A DNA stretch of 64,000 nt from Octopus vulgaris. Lineage: Eukaryota. Below, in pieces: positions 1 to 11,424 of the stretch. Below the pieces are notes generated by a model that was not told the DNA's origin, did no database searches, and was given only the letters and a program-made list of their open reading frames with translations. The number at the start of each line of letters is the position of its first letter. The stretch's first letter is position 1. A program made the translations under genes and the position numbers. The stretch is from NCBI GenBank assembly GCA_951406725.2, contig OX597816.1:37510001-37574000 (forward strand), given 5' to 3'.

Positions 1-695
1 AAGATACTTCTATATTTGTGGGTGGGTGGGAAGTTGCTGGAAATTATAGAGAATATTCTCTTACATAACTTACCCCTAACTGCTAAGTTGAAAGGTATGT
101 TGAACCATATATATTTGCGTAATCTACTATTATCCCTTCTATTTCCCCTAATAGGATCTATATTGCTCTCGTCGGGAGGGTTACTATTGTGTGCTGTTCT
201 ATTAGTTCGCCTATTTCCTATACGTTGTTTGGAGTTTGAATTAGACTTATCGGTAGTGTGAGTTGAGTGCTGAGTTCGATTATAATTGGGAGTCTTATGG
301 TCGACGGACGCTCCCGGGTGGTCTACATATGATATTCTCTGGTTATACCCGGCACTATAGAGAGCCTGGTTGTAGTGTTGTGCATGATTATTGAAAATTT
401 CTCTATTAGAGGATAGTTTTGTCAGTCTGTCTGAGATGGCTTGGACTGTGGTGCTAATTATACAGGGTGGATGGTTGGAAGAGGTATGGATGTATTTGGT
501 AGTTTCTTCTGGTTTCCTATACGGGTAGTGAAGGTGCTTATTCAAATCTAACGTAACATCTAAGAAGTTAACTATTTTAGTATTGGTCATAAATTCTAGT
601 TTAAGATTGAAGGATTTGAAAAAAAGCCTGATCTTTTTCCTAATTCTTTCTAGTTTACTCCTATTGTTGGTGGGGTATATGAAGAGAGCGTCGTC

Positions 696-701
<6 letters not shown>
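1..701 (-). mobile_element. Penelope-like element fragment (RT C-terminal half/thumb)
   Basis: Minus-strand reading YRDD(690-701)...IVNFLDVTLDL...YRKPEETTKYIHTSSNHPP...ALYSAGY is the typical Penelope RT C-terminus; cut upstream by a (TA)n tract. Confidence 0.8.
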
Positions 702-761
<60 letters not shown>

Positions 762-850
762 TAGAATAAAGATACAACATGGTCTGGTTTTCACGGTTTT
801 TTTATTATTGTGTTTCAAAAAAGTTTTTGCAATGTTGAAATGTGTTAACA

Positions 851-1007
851 AGGAGCGGCTGTGTGGTAAGTAGCTTGCTTACCAACCACATGGTTCCGGG
901 TTCAGTCCCACTGCGTGACACCTTGGGCAGGTGTCTTCTACTTAGTCTCGGGCCGATCAAAGCCTTGTGAGTGGATATGGTATACGGAAACTGAAAGAAG
1001 CTCGCCG

Positions 1008-1073
<66 letters not shown>

Positions 1074-1308
1074 CGAGTGTGTGTGTGTGTACGTTTGTGT
1101 GTCTGTGTTTGTCCTCCCAACATCGCTTGACAACTGATGCTGGTGTGTTTACGTCCCCGTAACTTAGCGGTTCGGGAAAAGAGAGACCGATAGAATAAGT
1201 ACTAGGCTTACAAAGAATAAGTCCTGGGGTCGATTTGCTCGACTAAAAGCGGTGCTCCAGCATGGCCACAGTCAAATGACTGAAACAAGTAACAGAGTAA
1301 AAGAGTAA
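851..1308 (+). mobile_element. tRNA-derived SINE family A (internal TA/TG microsatellite)
   Basis: Head GGCTGTGTGGTAAG...GGTTCAGTCCC (A/B-box-like), internal (TA)(TG)n, tail ...GACTGAAACAAGTAA(A)AGAG; many near-identical copies in the window. Confidence 0.85.
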
Positions 1309-2270
1309 TGGTCATAAAGTTCAATTAGTACTTTCATACATTCGTAGTAATCAGCAGATTTCAAAATGCATCGATTGACAGTTGAGTTGAGTTGAGTTCT
1401 TGACAACTGTAGTAAATTGATTGACTTCCTCCTTTTTATACCTTTTAAAAGGCTGGATTTTTCAAATGCAGTTTTGACCAATTAGCATGCAGCTTAAACG
1501 CCACGGTTTGTCGGACTCACCGATGTTACTGGCATAGTTCCCGCTTTCATTTTAACCAATTAGCTTGCGGTTTACATGTAATGGTTTTATGAGTGAGCAA
1601 ACTTAGTTGGTTTCGGTCGTTTTTATTTCAGTCGGAAATCTTCTGTAATTTGTTTATATTCATATCTTAAAGATATTTTTTAATCCACATCATTAACTGG
1701 CTGTTATATTATTATTGTTATTTCCATTCAGAACAGGTTTGAACATTTTAATGAAACGTTTTTCATATGATTTTTCTTGAAATAATGCAGTCATTATTCT
1801 TCATTAATTATTATTTAAATTTCCAGATATAAGATATAATTTCGGTAATGACTTGTAACTAGAAACTTGAAGAAGTAGACAGTAAGATATGCAATTGTTA
1901 AAAGAAAAACATGCAACTGTAAATAATGTGCAGGAAGACTTATAAATGCAGAAGACATTAAAAGCCTTGAGGTGAATACTTTGTTTTAAAAATGTCAAAT
2001 TTATATAAAAGCGATGGTTTCGAATAGATATAGCAAATGTCTATTAGTCTCAATTCATTCATATAAAAAATGTAATGGAGTAGGTTGGCAACTAAATCTT
2101 ATAAAATTATAATAGTATATACTTAAAAATTTGAGAATGTACTAAAAAGTTTTGCTAGAAGCTTCATTAACTTTGTCACATATTTCATGAAATGTCTGAC
2201 GTTTTTTTTACATTCGTAAAGAATACTTCATTATGCAAAATATAAATGCTGTTGTTTAATACAATCTTAG

Positions 2271-2281
2271 TAGTAAGTAGT

Positions 2282-2352
<71 letters not shown>

Positions 2353-2388
2353 AGTAGTAGTGGTGGTGGTGGTGGTGGTGGTGGTGGT
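2271..2388. repeat. Compound trinucleotide microsatellite (AGC/AGT/GGT)
   Basis: Directly visible. Confidence 0.95.
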
Positions 2389-2556
2389 GGAGAGAAAGGT
2401 GATAATGGCTGTGATGGCACGGTGGTTTAATGTAGCAACAATAGTAGTTATACATAGTTGCCAAAGTTGACAATGTATAGGTAACATAGTGTATATATGT
2501 GTGTATGTGAGTGTATGTGTGTATACATATATATGCTTATATATGTGTAGATATAT

Positions 2557-2587
<31 letters not shown>

Positions 2588-2775
2588 GAGTGTATTTTTA
2601 CCTTGTTAACAATTAACACGGAAAAATAAATAAATAGTTACCAGGGCAGCAAAAATCTCACAAGTAAAGGTGGTGTAACTCCTTGTTTATAAAGGTTGAA
2701 ACTTCGTGTTTACGTTGAATATTTGAATAATATAAATAAAAAATGGAGTTAACGCAGGTGTAAACAAATATTTTT

Positions 2776-2861
2776 ACTTTCGACACATGTTTCGAAAATT
2801 CCACTGATACTATTCAAAAGAATAAATGGTATAAACAATGCAATCTTCTCTTCGGGAAAGT
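2776..2861 (-). ncRNA. Type I hammerhead ribozyme-like motif (inverted copy of 7075-7160)
   Basis: Reverse complement of the 7075-7160 motif. Confidence 0.6.
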
Positions 2862-4088
2862 GAAAAAAACGAAACTCGTCAATACGACATTTTAGCAAAA
2901 AATGATGGATTTGTATAGCGATAGACAGAATGCTATTAATATTGTTTAAAAAAACGTTTTATGATATAACGTCATAAGTAGCTGTTTCGTCAAGCTATTG
3001 CTAGGAATTTTCCAAACAATTCTAGATATTACTCTATAATTAATTCACATAAGGTTAGGATAGGTTTTTCAAACACAAAAAATCTCTTGCAAATTATAAC
3101 TTCTCATAATAGCAAACTGTTAAATATTAATACATTTACTAATACTAACATTAATTTAGCTAATACCATCCAACCCTCTAGAAATATTAATAACAAGGTT
3201 ATTGTATCTGAAGTCAATTCCAATAGAATTAAATTTATGTCAAGTAACTCTAAGATTTAAAATTCTATATACCAGTGTATAATCACTACTCGTAATAAAG
3301 TACGATTTTACATTGGAAGCACATCGTTAGAGTTATCTAAAAGAATTTCTATCCATTACTCAACATTTAGGGATAGAAATAAACGGAATAGTACCGGTCT
3401 CAGCAAACTGATTTGGGATTTAAAAGACCACAGTGAACAATTTCATTTAGAATGGTTGATCCTCTCAATTTCGATACCATGTGACAAAGGCATGAAATTC
3501 TGTCTTCTCTGCAATTCTGAGCTATTTTTCATTATTTTTTCTAAAAATACTCTAGTAAACACGGTTATAGAGCGAGCATACAGATGTAAGCATTGGCAAA
3601 AACATACATTTAGTGCATATAAGTAGTCTCTATCATTATATATAATTTAAACTTTAATTTCCTTTACATTTAACATTCACTATTAATATCCTTACTCTTT
3701 CTGTTAGCTACTTATGACGTTAGTTAGTTAGTTAGTTAGTTAATTTGGCTCAAAAGCAAATAGCAAGGCCATGTAGGGGAACATGGAGTGAAGTACAGGG
3801 TGGTGTTCATGTAAAGAGTTCAGGCCACTTGAGGTCCAGGGAGGCTTTGAACAAAGCGGTCGTCGGCATCTTCACCATCTCGTCTGGCAGCTTGTTCCAC
3901 GGATCCGCAACCCGGACGGAGAAAGCTCCTCTCCTTCGATTGAGATGAAATCGTCGCAGGTAGAGCTTTTCGGAATGACCCCGCAGCCGACGCTCTGGAG
4001 CAGGAGTGAAGAACAGCTCTTTCGAGAGGTTACATTTCCGCTTATGATGTTGTGGGCGAGAATGAGGTCACCACGGCGGCGGCGTTTT

Positions 4089-6077
4089 TCAAGAGAATAA
4101 AGGTCGAGCGTCCTCAGCCTTTCTTCGTAGACCATGAACCATGCGGGTAGCCAGCTTCTGGACTCTTTCGAGATGCTGCATGTCTTTCAGGAGATAAGGA
4201 GAAGAGGCCTGAATCCCATACTCCAGTATGGGTCTCACCAGCGTGACATAGAGTGGTAGGAATATGGCTGCTGTGAGCATTCCGAATGACCGTCGAATCA
4301 AGAACAGAATTCCGCGTGCTTTGTTGGCAGCATGGACGCACTGGGCCGAAGGCGAAAAGGAGGAATCCACCAAGATACCCAGGTCCTTTACCTGATCGGT
4401 CCTCTCCAGCAGCAGACGACCCGGCTCGAAATCAAGTTGAGTTGCAGGAGTAGAGCCGACAGGCAGATGACAGCACTTTGACACGTTCAGACACAGGTCC
4501 CAATCGTTAGACCACTTCCAAATTTGGTGGAGGCATCGACGAAGATCCTCTATATTACCGCGAGGAGCGACCAGTTTGATATCGTCGGCAAATAGAAGGG
4601 TGTGTTGCGTGAGGTCGTCGGGCAAGTCATTTATGAAGACTAAGAACAACAAGGGCCCAAGCACTGAACCTTGAGGCACGCCACTGCTCGCACTGGAGAC
4701 GTCGGACCGCGAACCGTTAACTTGGACTTGGAAGGAGCGATCTGAGAGGAAGGCACCAACCCATCGTATAATATCCGGATGGAAACTATATGCTTGAAGC
4801 TTGACAAGTAATAGGCGGTGGTTTACCGAGTCAAAAGCTTTGGCAAAGTTCAATAAAACGATGTCAACAGCATCACTATCATCGAGGATGCGCGTCACCA
4901 ATTCTTCCATTACTAGTAAGTTGGTGAAGCATGATCTCTTCGGCACGAAGCCGTGTTGGGAATCAGAGATAGAGGCTGTGTTTAGGAGGCGGAGCATCAT
5001 ACTTTTCTTAAGGATGGTTTCGAACATCTTGCTGATTATTGATGTAAGAGAAACCGGTCGGTAGTTAAGCGGGTCTTCGCGGCTCCCTTTCTTGAAAATT
5101 GGGCAGATTATCGCTGTTCTCCAGTCTGCAGGTATAACACCTGTCGCCAATGACATATTGAATAGTCGTGTTAAGGGCTCGCAGATGACCGGAGCCAACG
5201 CTTTGATAACCCGTGGGTGTATGCCGTCAGGGCCGTGACCCTTGTTGACATCGAGGCCTTGAATAACACGTTTGACTTCGTCCCGCGTGATGACCAATCG
5301 AAGCATTGGAGGTACCGATCTATCAAATGGAGGGGGTTCACGACCATCATCTTGTTTGAAAATAGTTGAAAAAGCCTCGGCAAATAATTGACTCTGTTGA
5401 TAAGGGTCCTCAATCGATACGCCTGTTGAGTCTACCAACGTTGCAATCTGGTTGTTCAAGCGGGAATTCCGCTGGACATGGGCAAAGAAGGTTTTTGGAT
5501 TGCTACTGGCATTTGCCGCGATTTTGTATTCATAACTGAAGCGTTCTTTCTTTTCAATTTTCACGGCTCGGTCTCGTTGAGTTTTGTACACCTCAAAAGC
5601 TGCAGTCGAATCCAGATTTTTGAATTCAGCCCAAGCAATATCTCTGAGTCGACGTTCTCGTTTAACCTTCTTCGTCACCCAGGGCTTGTGTTTCTTCTTC
5701 TTGGGAAGCCCAACGGGAACTGCCTGGTCAGTCAAACAGATTACATATGCTTTGAGGGATGACCATAGTTCGTCAACAGAGGACAACGTCATCAGGGATC
5801 GCCAGTCCAGAAGCGCGGAAGCCTCGGTTAGAATTTCAAGATTAATTGCAGAGAAGACTCTACGTGGCAGCGAAGTAGTCGTGGGCGTAGAAAAAGTTGT
5901 GTGCATGACGAACTTCAGGACCGCATGATCACTCTTGGCAAGAGGGGCGCACACAGATACGTCTGACACTGATCTTGGATAGCGGGAGAATACCAGATCT
6001 AGCATAGATGGTTGCTGCCCAGACCGATGCCTTGTCGGATATTCAACATGTTGCGATAGAAAACAATCTTCAGCCAC
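4089..6077 (-). pseudogene. CR1 ORF2 reverse transcriptase part (662 aa open)
   Basis: RT motifs as above; continues in frameshifted ORF 3872-4135. Confidence 0.9.
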
Positions 6078-6078
6078 G

Positions 6079-6678
6079 TCAAGAAGGGCCTGGCCGAAAC
6101 GGGAAGATGTTGTACAAATTGATGTACCAATAGATCGTGGGAGCGTTGAAGTCTCCTAGTACCAAACAGTCATGCGAAGCTGAAACGAATCTTATCGCTT
6201 CGAGTAAATGAGCATCGTCCTGGGGGTCGGCAAGAGGCGGCCTGTAGACAGCCAACACGGGCAGGCAAAACTCAGATAGGTTCAGCTTGCAATAGACGGC
6301 ATCGAATTTTGTTGTAGGTTGAGCATTAGTGGGTAGAATACCGCTGGACGGTTTGTGCTCAGACTTAACATACACAGCAACACCTCCACCTCGCCTTTTT
6401 CCTCTGTCACATCTGAAAAGGACGTAGCCCTGCAGGTGGATTTCTGAGTCCTTTACTGCTGGAGTCAGCCAAGTCTCGGTGATAGCTATCACATCAGGGG
6501 AGTCACGTATGGCCAGTGTAAATAGTTCACTGAACTTTGGGAATAAGGAGCACGAGTTGGTGTAGACGATGCTGAGCTGTGAAGTCTGAGGGGCGGGATT
6601 TGGGGAACAAGCAGAATAAGGGGTATCAGAGATAGCATCGTTGACGGGGGTATCAACTTCACTTCGATCTGCCCTCAC
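6079..6678 (-). pseudogene. CR1 ORF2 apurinic-like endonuclease part
   Basis: YTNSCSL, IAITETWL, RCDR..RRGGGVAVYV, GDFN motifs. Confidence 0.88.
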
Positions 6679-7074
6679 ATCACTTTCCCTGTCAGCACTA
6701 CAGCATGGGACCAGAGGTAGGACTTGATTATCTGTCCATCTTGGATTCGTAAACCCTTCTCTCCCATTTGTTTCCTCATCTTTAGTTCGGATATTAGGTT
6801 TCTCCGGCGAATTCTCTCTCTTAGTGAGTATTCCTCGCGAAAACCCATATTGGGGTCCTCCCAGGCATGCGTCTGAGCTCTGTTCAGAAAGACTGAAGCC
6901 TCCCGATCGGTTTCAGTCATTTTGAGACCTTTTCAACTGTAACGATTAAATAATTAAATTTAGACGTTATATCATATAACGTTTTTTTAAACAATATTAA
7001 TAGCGTTCTGTCTATCGCTATACAAATCCATCATTTTTTGCTAAAATGTCGTATTGACGAGTTTCGTTTTTTTC

Positions 7075-7160
7075 ACTTTCCCGAAGAGAAGATTGCATTG
7101 TTTATACCATTTATTCTTTTGAATAGTATCAGTGGAATTTTCGAAACATGTGTCGAAAGT
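7075..7160 (+). ncRNA. Type I hammerhead ribozyme-like motif in Penelope terminal repeat
   Basis: Stem I ACTTTC/GAAAGT; core CCGAAGA; stem II GAAGATT/AATTTTC; GAAAC-ATGT-GTC with palindromic ACATGT stem III. Confidence 0.65.
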
Positions 7161-7281
7161 AAAAATATTTGTTTACACCTTTACGCCATTTTTTATTCCT
7201 GCGTTAACATTACTACCATTAATTTGCAGTTTTCAAAGCAAGACATTTAAATGAATTTATATCATATTTATATATAATATA

Positions 7282-7437
7282 TGATTCTGAACACATCATA
7301 AATAAACTACCAACCTTACGTAGCGAAGACGAACAGACAACTGCTCACTCCGGCCAACTGCTTGGCCGGAGTGAGCAGTTGTCTGTTCGTCTTCGCTACG
7401 TAAGGTTGGTAGTTTATTTATGATGTGTTCAGAATCA
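7282..7437. repeat. Perfect inverted repeat, 76-bp arms with 4-nt loop
   Basis: 7282-7357 is the reverse complement of 7362-7437. Confidence 0.95.
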
Positions 7438-7753
7438 GTTCTGCTGACGATCATTAGACGTAAGTTGTATGTGAAATCACGGTGATACAGAACTAAATTC
7501 ATTTTTTAAATGTCTTGCTTTGAAAAACTGCATTTGGGTATGATTAGTATAATTTTGGTAGTAATGACTTTGTCCCTCCTAGTGTGAGGCATTTATGTGT
7601 AATAATGCCCTCTATACAATATAGATATAATTAATTTGTTCAAAAGAAAAAAATTATTTTCGGATTCTTTTCTTTTATGAGGTTTTCACGCTAGCTACCC
7701 GATAATTTCTTGTTAAGATCCCTTATTAAGAGATTATCCTTAATTGTTAAACT

Positions 7754-7981
<228 letters not shown>

Positions 7982-8030
7982 GAACAAATAAGTCAAAATA
8001 GAAAATGCTAAAATAATTTTATAAAGAACA

Positions 8031-8074
8031 TTTCAGTACCGGTTTCAGTCATTTTGAGACCTTTTCAACTGTAA
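8031..8074 (-). ncRNA. Minimal hammerhead ribozyme-like motif with U3-A8 core
   Basis: TTACAG-TTGAAAA-GGTC-TCAAAAT-GACT-GAAAC-CG-GTA-CTGAAA; palindromic ACCGGT stem III. Confidence 0.6.
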
Positions 8075-8410
8075 CGATTAAATAATTAAATTTAGAAAAA
8101 TTAAAAGAAATGTTTTTTTAAAGGAATATTTGTATAGTGTTCAAATATAAGTGGCATTTTCCTTGTTTCTGCCTTGCTCTGTCTCTCTTGTTCACACTTG
8201 TGAGGTCATTGTGAATTCTTGGTAGGGAAGAAGAAGAAGGATGATGAGGAGAAGGGGGAGAAATTTTGGGAGTGCCTTGATTGTTGTATTTTGAATGGTC
8301 AGTGGCTGCTAGCAGTTCATGAGAATATTTCTATTGAAAGGTTTGTCTATAGAATTTGCGTAGGTGTTATACTAAAAAGCATTAGTGATAAAGTTAAGAA
8401 GTAGAAGGGG

Positions 8411-8619
8411 GAGAAGAAGAAGAAGAAGAAGAAGAAGAAGAAGAAGAAGAAGAAGAAGAAGAAGAAGAAGAAGAAGAAGAAGAAGAAGAAGAAGAAGAAG
8501 AAGAAGAAGAAGAAGAAGAAGAAGAAGATGATGATGATGATGATGATGATGACGATGTTGGTGATGCTGAAGAAGAAGAAGAAGAAGAAGAAGAAGAAGA
8601 AGAAGAAGAAGAAGAAGAA

Positions 8620-8655
<36 letters not shown>

Positions 8656-8695
8656 GAAGAAGAAGAAGAAGAAGAAGAAGAAGAAGAAGAAGAAG
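8411..8695. repeat. (GAA)n/(GAT)n compound microsatellite
   Basis: Directly visible. Confidence 0.95.
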
Positions 8696-11316
8696 AGGGA
8701 GAATATGAATGAGTGGAAGTAGTGAGGTGTTGTATGACTTAAAGTTGGCACGCTATGGGTTATAGCTGTGATTGGGGCTGATTTGTAGTGGATTCTTAGG
8801 AATGTAATATTTGCGTGTGTATTTGTGTTATTCTAAGGCAGAGGGGTATATATCGTTTGTCGTAGACCCGTTCAGAAGGGGCTTATATTTTGTAATAAAG
8901 AGAGTTTCTTTACTTATTCGTTGGCTCGAGGTTGTATCGTCCCTGAATTGGTAGAGGGGGAAAATGCTGAAGTTTGGTGTTTTGTTGTTGGCGCAAGTAT
9001 CTATGTGTTGGCTGAATGCTAATTTTTCTGTTTTGGGGAATTTTTATCTGGGATCTGTGCAGGGCCATTTTTTTACGCAAACTATTTTTCGTTTGGCCTA
9101 TGTACTGCTCTTGACACCCAGAGCAGGTTAGTGTGTATATCAGGTTCTCCGAAGCACATGTGAAGTTGCTTTTCACTGTAAACCGTTGTCCCTGTTTGAA
9201 GGAGAACTCTGATCCTTCAATTAGATAATCGCATATCCCGCAATTGGGTCTTCCACATTTTTTTACTGTCGGCTTCTGTGTTGAAGAGTGTATTCGGGCT
9301 TGTGTTAGGAGACTTTTCATAGATTTAGGCTGTCTCTTGCTTTTTATGATCGTGTGTGTTTGGAGGATTGTGTTCATTCTGTGGTCTTTTTTTAGCAGGG
9401 GTATGTTTTGGAGGATGGTGTCGAAGGCCTCATTGTTGAGAGGGTTGTGTGTGGAGATGTATGGTAAGGGTTTTGGTTGTAAATTTTTCTTTGATTTGGG
9501 ATGTGAGTTCCTGGATGGTGAGTTGGAGGGCACGTTGAATGCATATGTCAGTAAGTGAAGGTGGGTAGTTCCTGGTAATGAGGGTATCTTTTAGTTCTTG
9601 TAGTCGTGTGTCTCTGGTGTTTGCATTAGAAACTATAGTGCATATCCTTTGTGCTAGATTGAAGGGGATGTTCATTCTGGTGTGTCTGGGGTGGCATGAA
9701 TTGAAAGGAAGATATTGCTTAGAATCTGTAGGCTTATAGTATATATCTGTTTCTATTACATTATTAGATTTCTTAATAAGGATATCGAGGAAGGAGAGTT
9801 GTTGCTGGCTATATTCCATCGTGAATTAGATGTTTACGTCCAGTCCATTTAAAATTGCTTGGAATTCTTTGAGTTTCTCTATATTTTCATGCCAAAGGAT
9901 GAAACAGTCATCTAGGTATCTCTTCCAGTTGTTTTCTATGTAGAGGGAGAAAGGGCTGCCATATCTTTCTAGAACCTTACGATACAGACTGATTTCTAAA
10001 TATCCCATGACTAGGTTGGCAAAGGAGGGGGCCATCGCGTACCCATAGCAGTCCCCGATTTTTGTCGGTAGAAGTTGTCTTTGAAGGCGAAGAAGTTATT
10101 TTCCAGGATGAATTTAACCCCTTCTATCACGAATTCTTTTTTGATGCGATGTGGGAGTTCGTTGGCGTGATTCTCTAGCCAGAATTGAATTGCCTCTATT
10201 CCTAGGTTGTGGGGGATATTGGAAAAGAGGTTGACTATATCGAAGGATACTAGTAGGGTGTTTTTGTTTATAGTATTAGGTAGGTGATTGAGCATATCCA
10301 AGTCGTCCCTTATATAGCTTTTGACATGTTTGAGGAGTGGTTTTAACAAGGTGTCTAAAAAGTTACTGAGGCGGTGGGTTTCGCATGCGGGTCCTGCTAT
10401 TATGGGTCTCAATTTGAGGTCATTAGGATTAGGGACTTTAATTATTTTGTCTGTGGCTATCTTGCATGCGTTACTTAAATTCTCACTTTTGTGTTTCTTA
10501 GGAATACCGTAGAATTGGCTGGTTTTACTTGTGAAATTGGTCATATAGTCATATTCTTTGTCGGTGAGCCCTTCTTTATTGGGGTTTAACATGAATTTTA
10601 GTTCCCTCATTGTTTTTTGTTGACTATAGTTTTGTGCCTTTTCATAATATGTTGTGTCTTCCAACATAGATATTATTAAAGTTATGTAAAATGTCGTGTC
10701 CATTAAGACAACTGCACTCCCTTTATCGGCCTCTTTGATTGTTATTGTTTTGTCTTGTTTTAATTTGTTCAACTCAGCCCATTCTTTTTTGCTGAAGTTT
10801 GGTTTGTGTTTTCGTTTGTGCATGTGTTGATCTGGATAATTCGATATGTGGTCACAAAAATGATCGAGTGTTTTGTTCTTACATTTTGAGGGGGTGTAGT
10901 TACTCCTATTTCTGACCAACGATTCGTCCTCGTTGTATTTGTCGTATAGCTCCTCAGTAAGTCGTAATTTTCTACAGAATTCTGCGATGTCTTCTTTCAT
11001 TTCATTGTAGTTGGGGTGTTGTGGGGTGGGTGTAAACTTGAGTCCTTTGGAAAGTATATTTATTTGATTTGATGTTAGTTCATTGTGAGTTAGATTGATA
11101 ATTTTTATCACTTTTGGTTCCTCCTGCCTGTTTGGTGCTATTTTGTGTCTCTGTGTTTGCGTACTGGGTCTAAAAAATGAATGCGGTGGTTGGGACGGTA
11201 GCTATTATATAGTTGTTCTCTGTTGATGTGGGGTGTCCTGTTGTGATTTATGGTGTGTGTTCTTGGAACAGTATTGAGAAGTGCGTCCCGATATCCCATA
11301 TTCGGGTGTTGTGTTT

Positions 11317-11393
<77 letters not shown>

Positions 11394-11424
11394 ATGTATG
11401 TATGTATGTATATATATATATATA

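Larger units (their letters stand above)
3723..6907 (-). mobile_element. CR1-clade non-LTR retrotransposon, 5'-truncated, (TAAC)n tail, TSD GACGTTA (3716-3722 / 6963-6969)
   Basis: APE domain (DVIAITETWL, GGGVAVYVK, VYRPP, LGDFNAP), RT (NYRPVSLTS, QHGF, GVPQGSVLGP, FADD), CR1-type C-terminus LYSLEKRRRRGDLI; frameshifts near 6100 and 4130. Confidence 0.9.
2756..7180 (+). mobile_element. 5'-truncated Penelope-like element: inverted partial terminal repeat (2756-2983), GIY-YIG endonuclease remnant (~3000-3625), terminal repeat (3706-3722 plus 6963-7180) interrupted by a CR1 LINE
   Basis: Plus-strand IYQCII...FYIGST...LSKLIWDLK...CLLCNSE...N..IE...CKHWQK matches the Penelope EN C-terminus; 2756-2973 is the reverse complement of 6963-7180. 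Confidence 0.8.
7982..11130 (-). mobile_element. Penelope-like element (Neptune-type), frameshifted RT plus GIY-YIG, 3' region with GAA/GAT microsatellite and hammerhead
   Basis: ORFs 10011-11111 (IINLT..LSKGLKFTPTP, KEADKGSAVV, LRPII, SFDIVNLF, GTAMG), 9826-10035 (RYLDD), 9430-9819 (FLD, YYKPTD, SCHP), 8910-9533 (CGRPNCGIC, NLIY..TC..C.EQYIGQT). Confidence 0.92.

Noticed and set aside
4114-5928. Antisense/alternate-frame ORFs in the CR1 (and 56902-57719, 61630-62714)
   Set aside because: Shadow frames of GC-rich coding sequence
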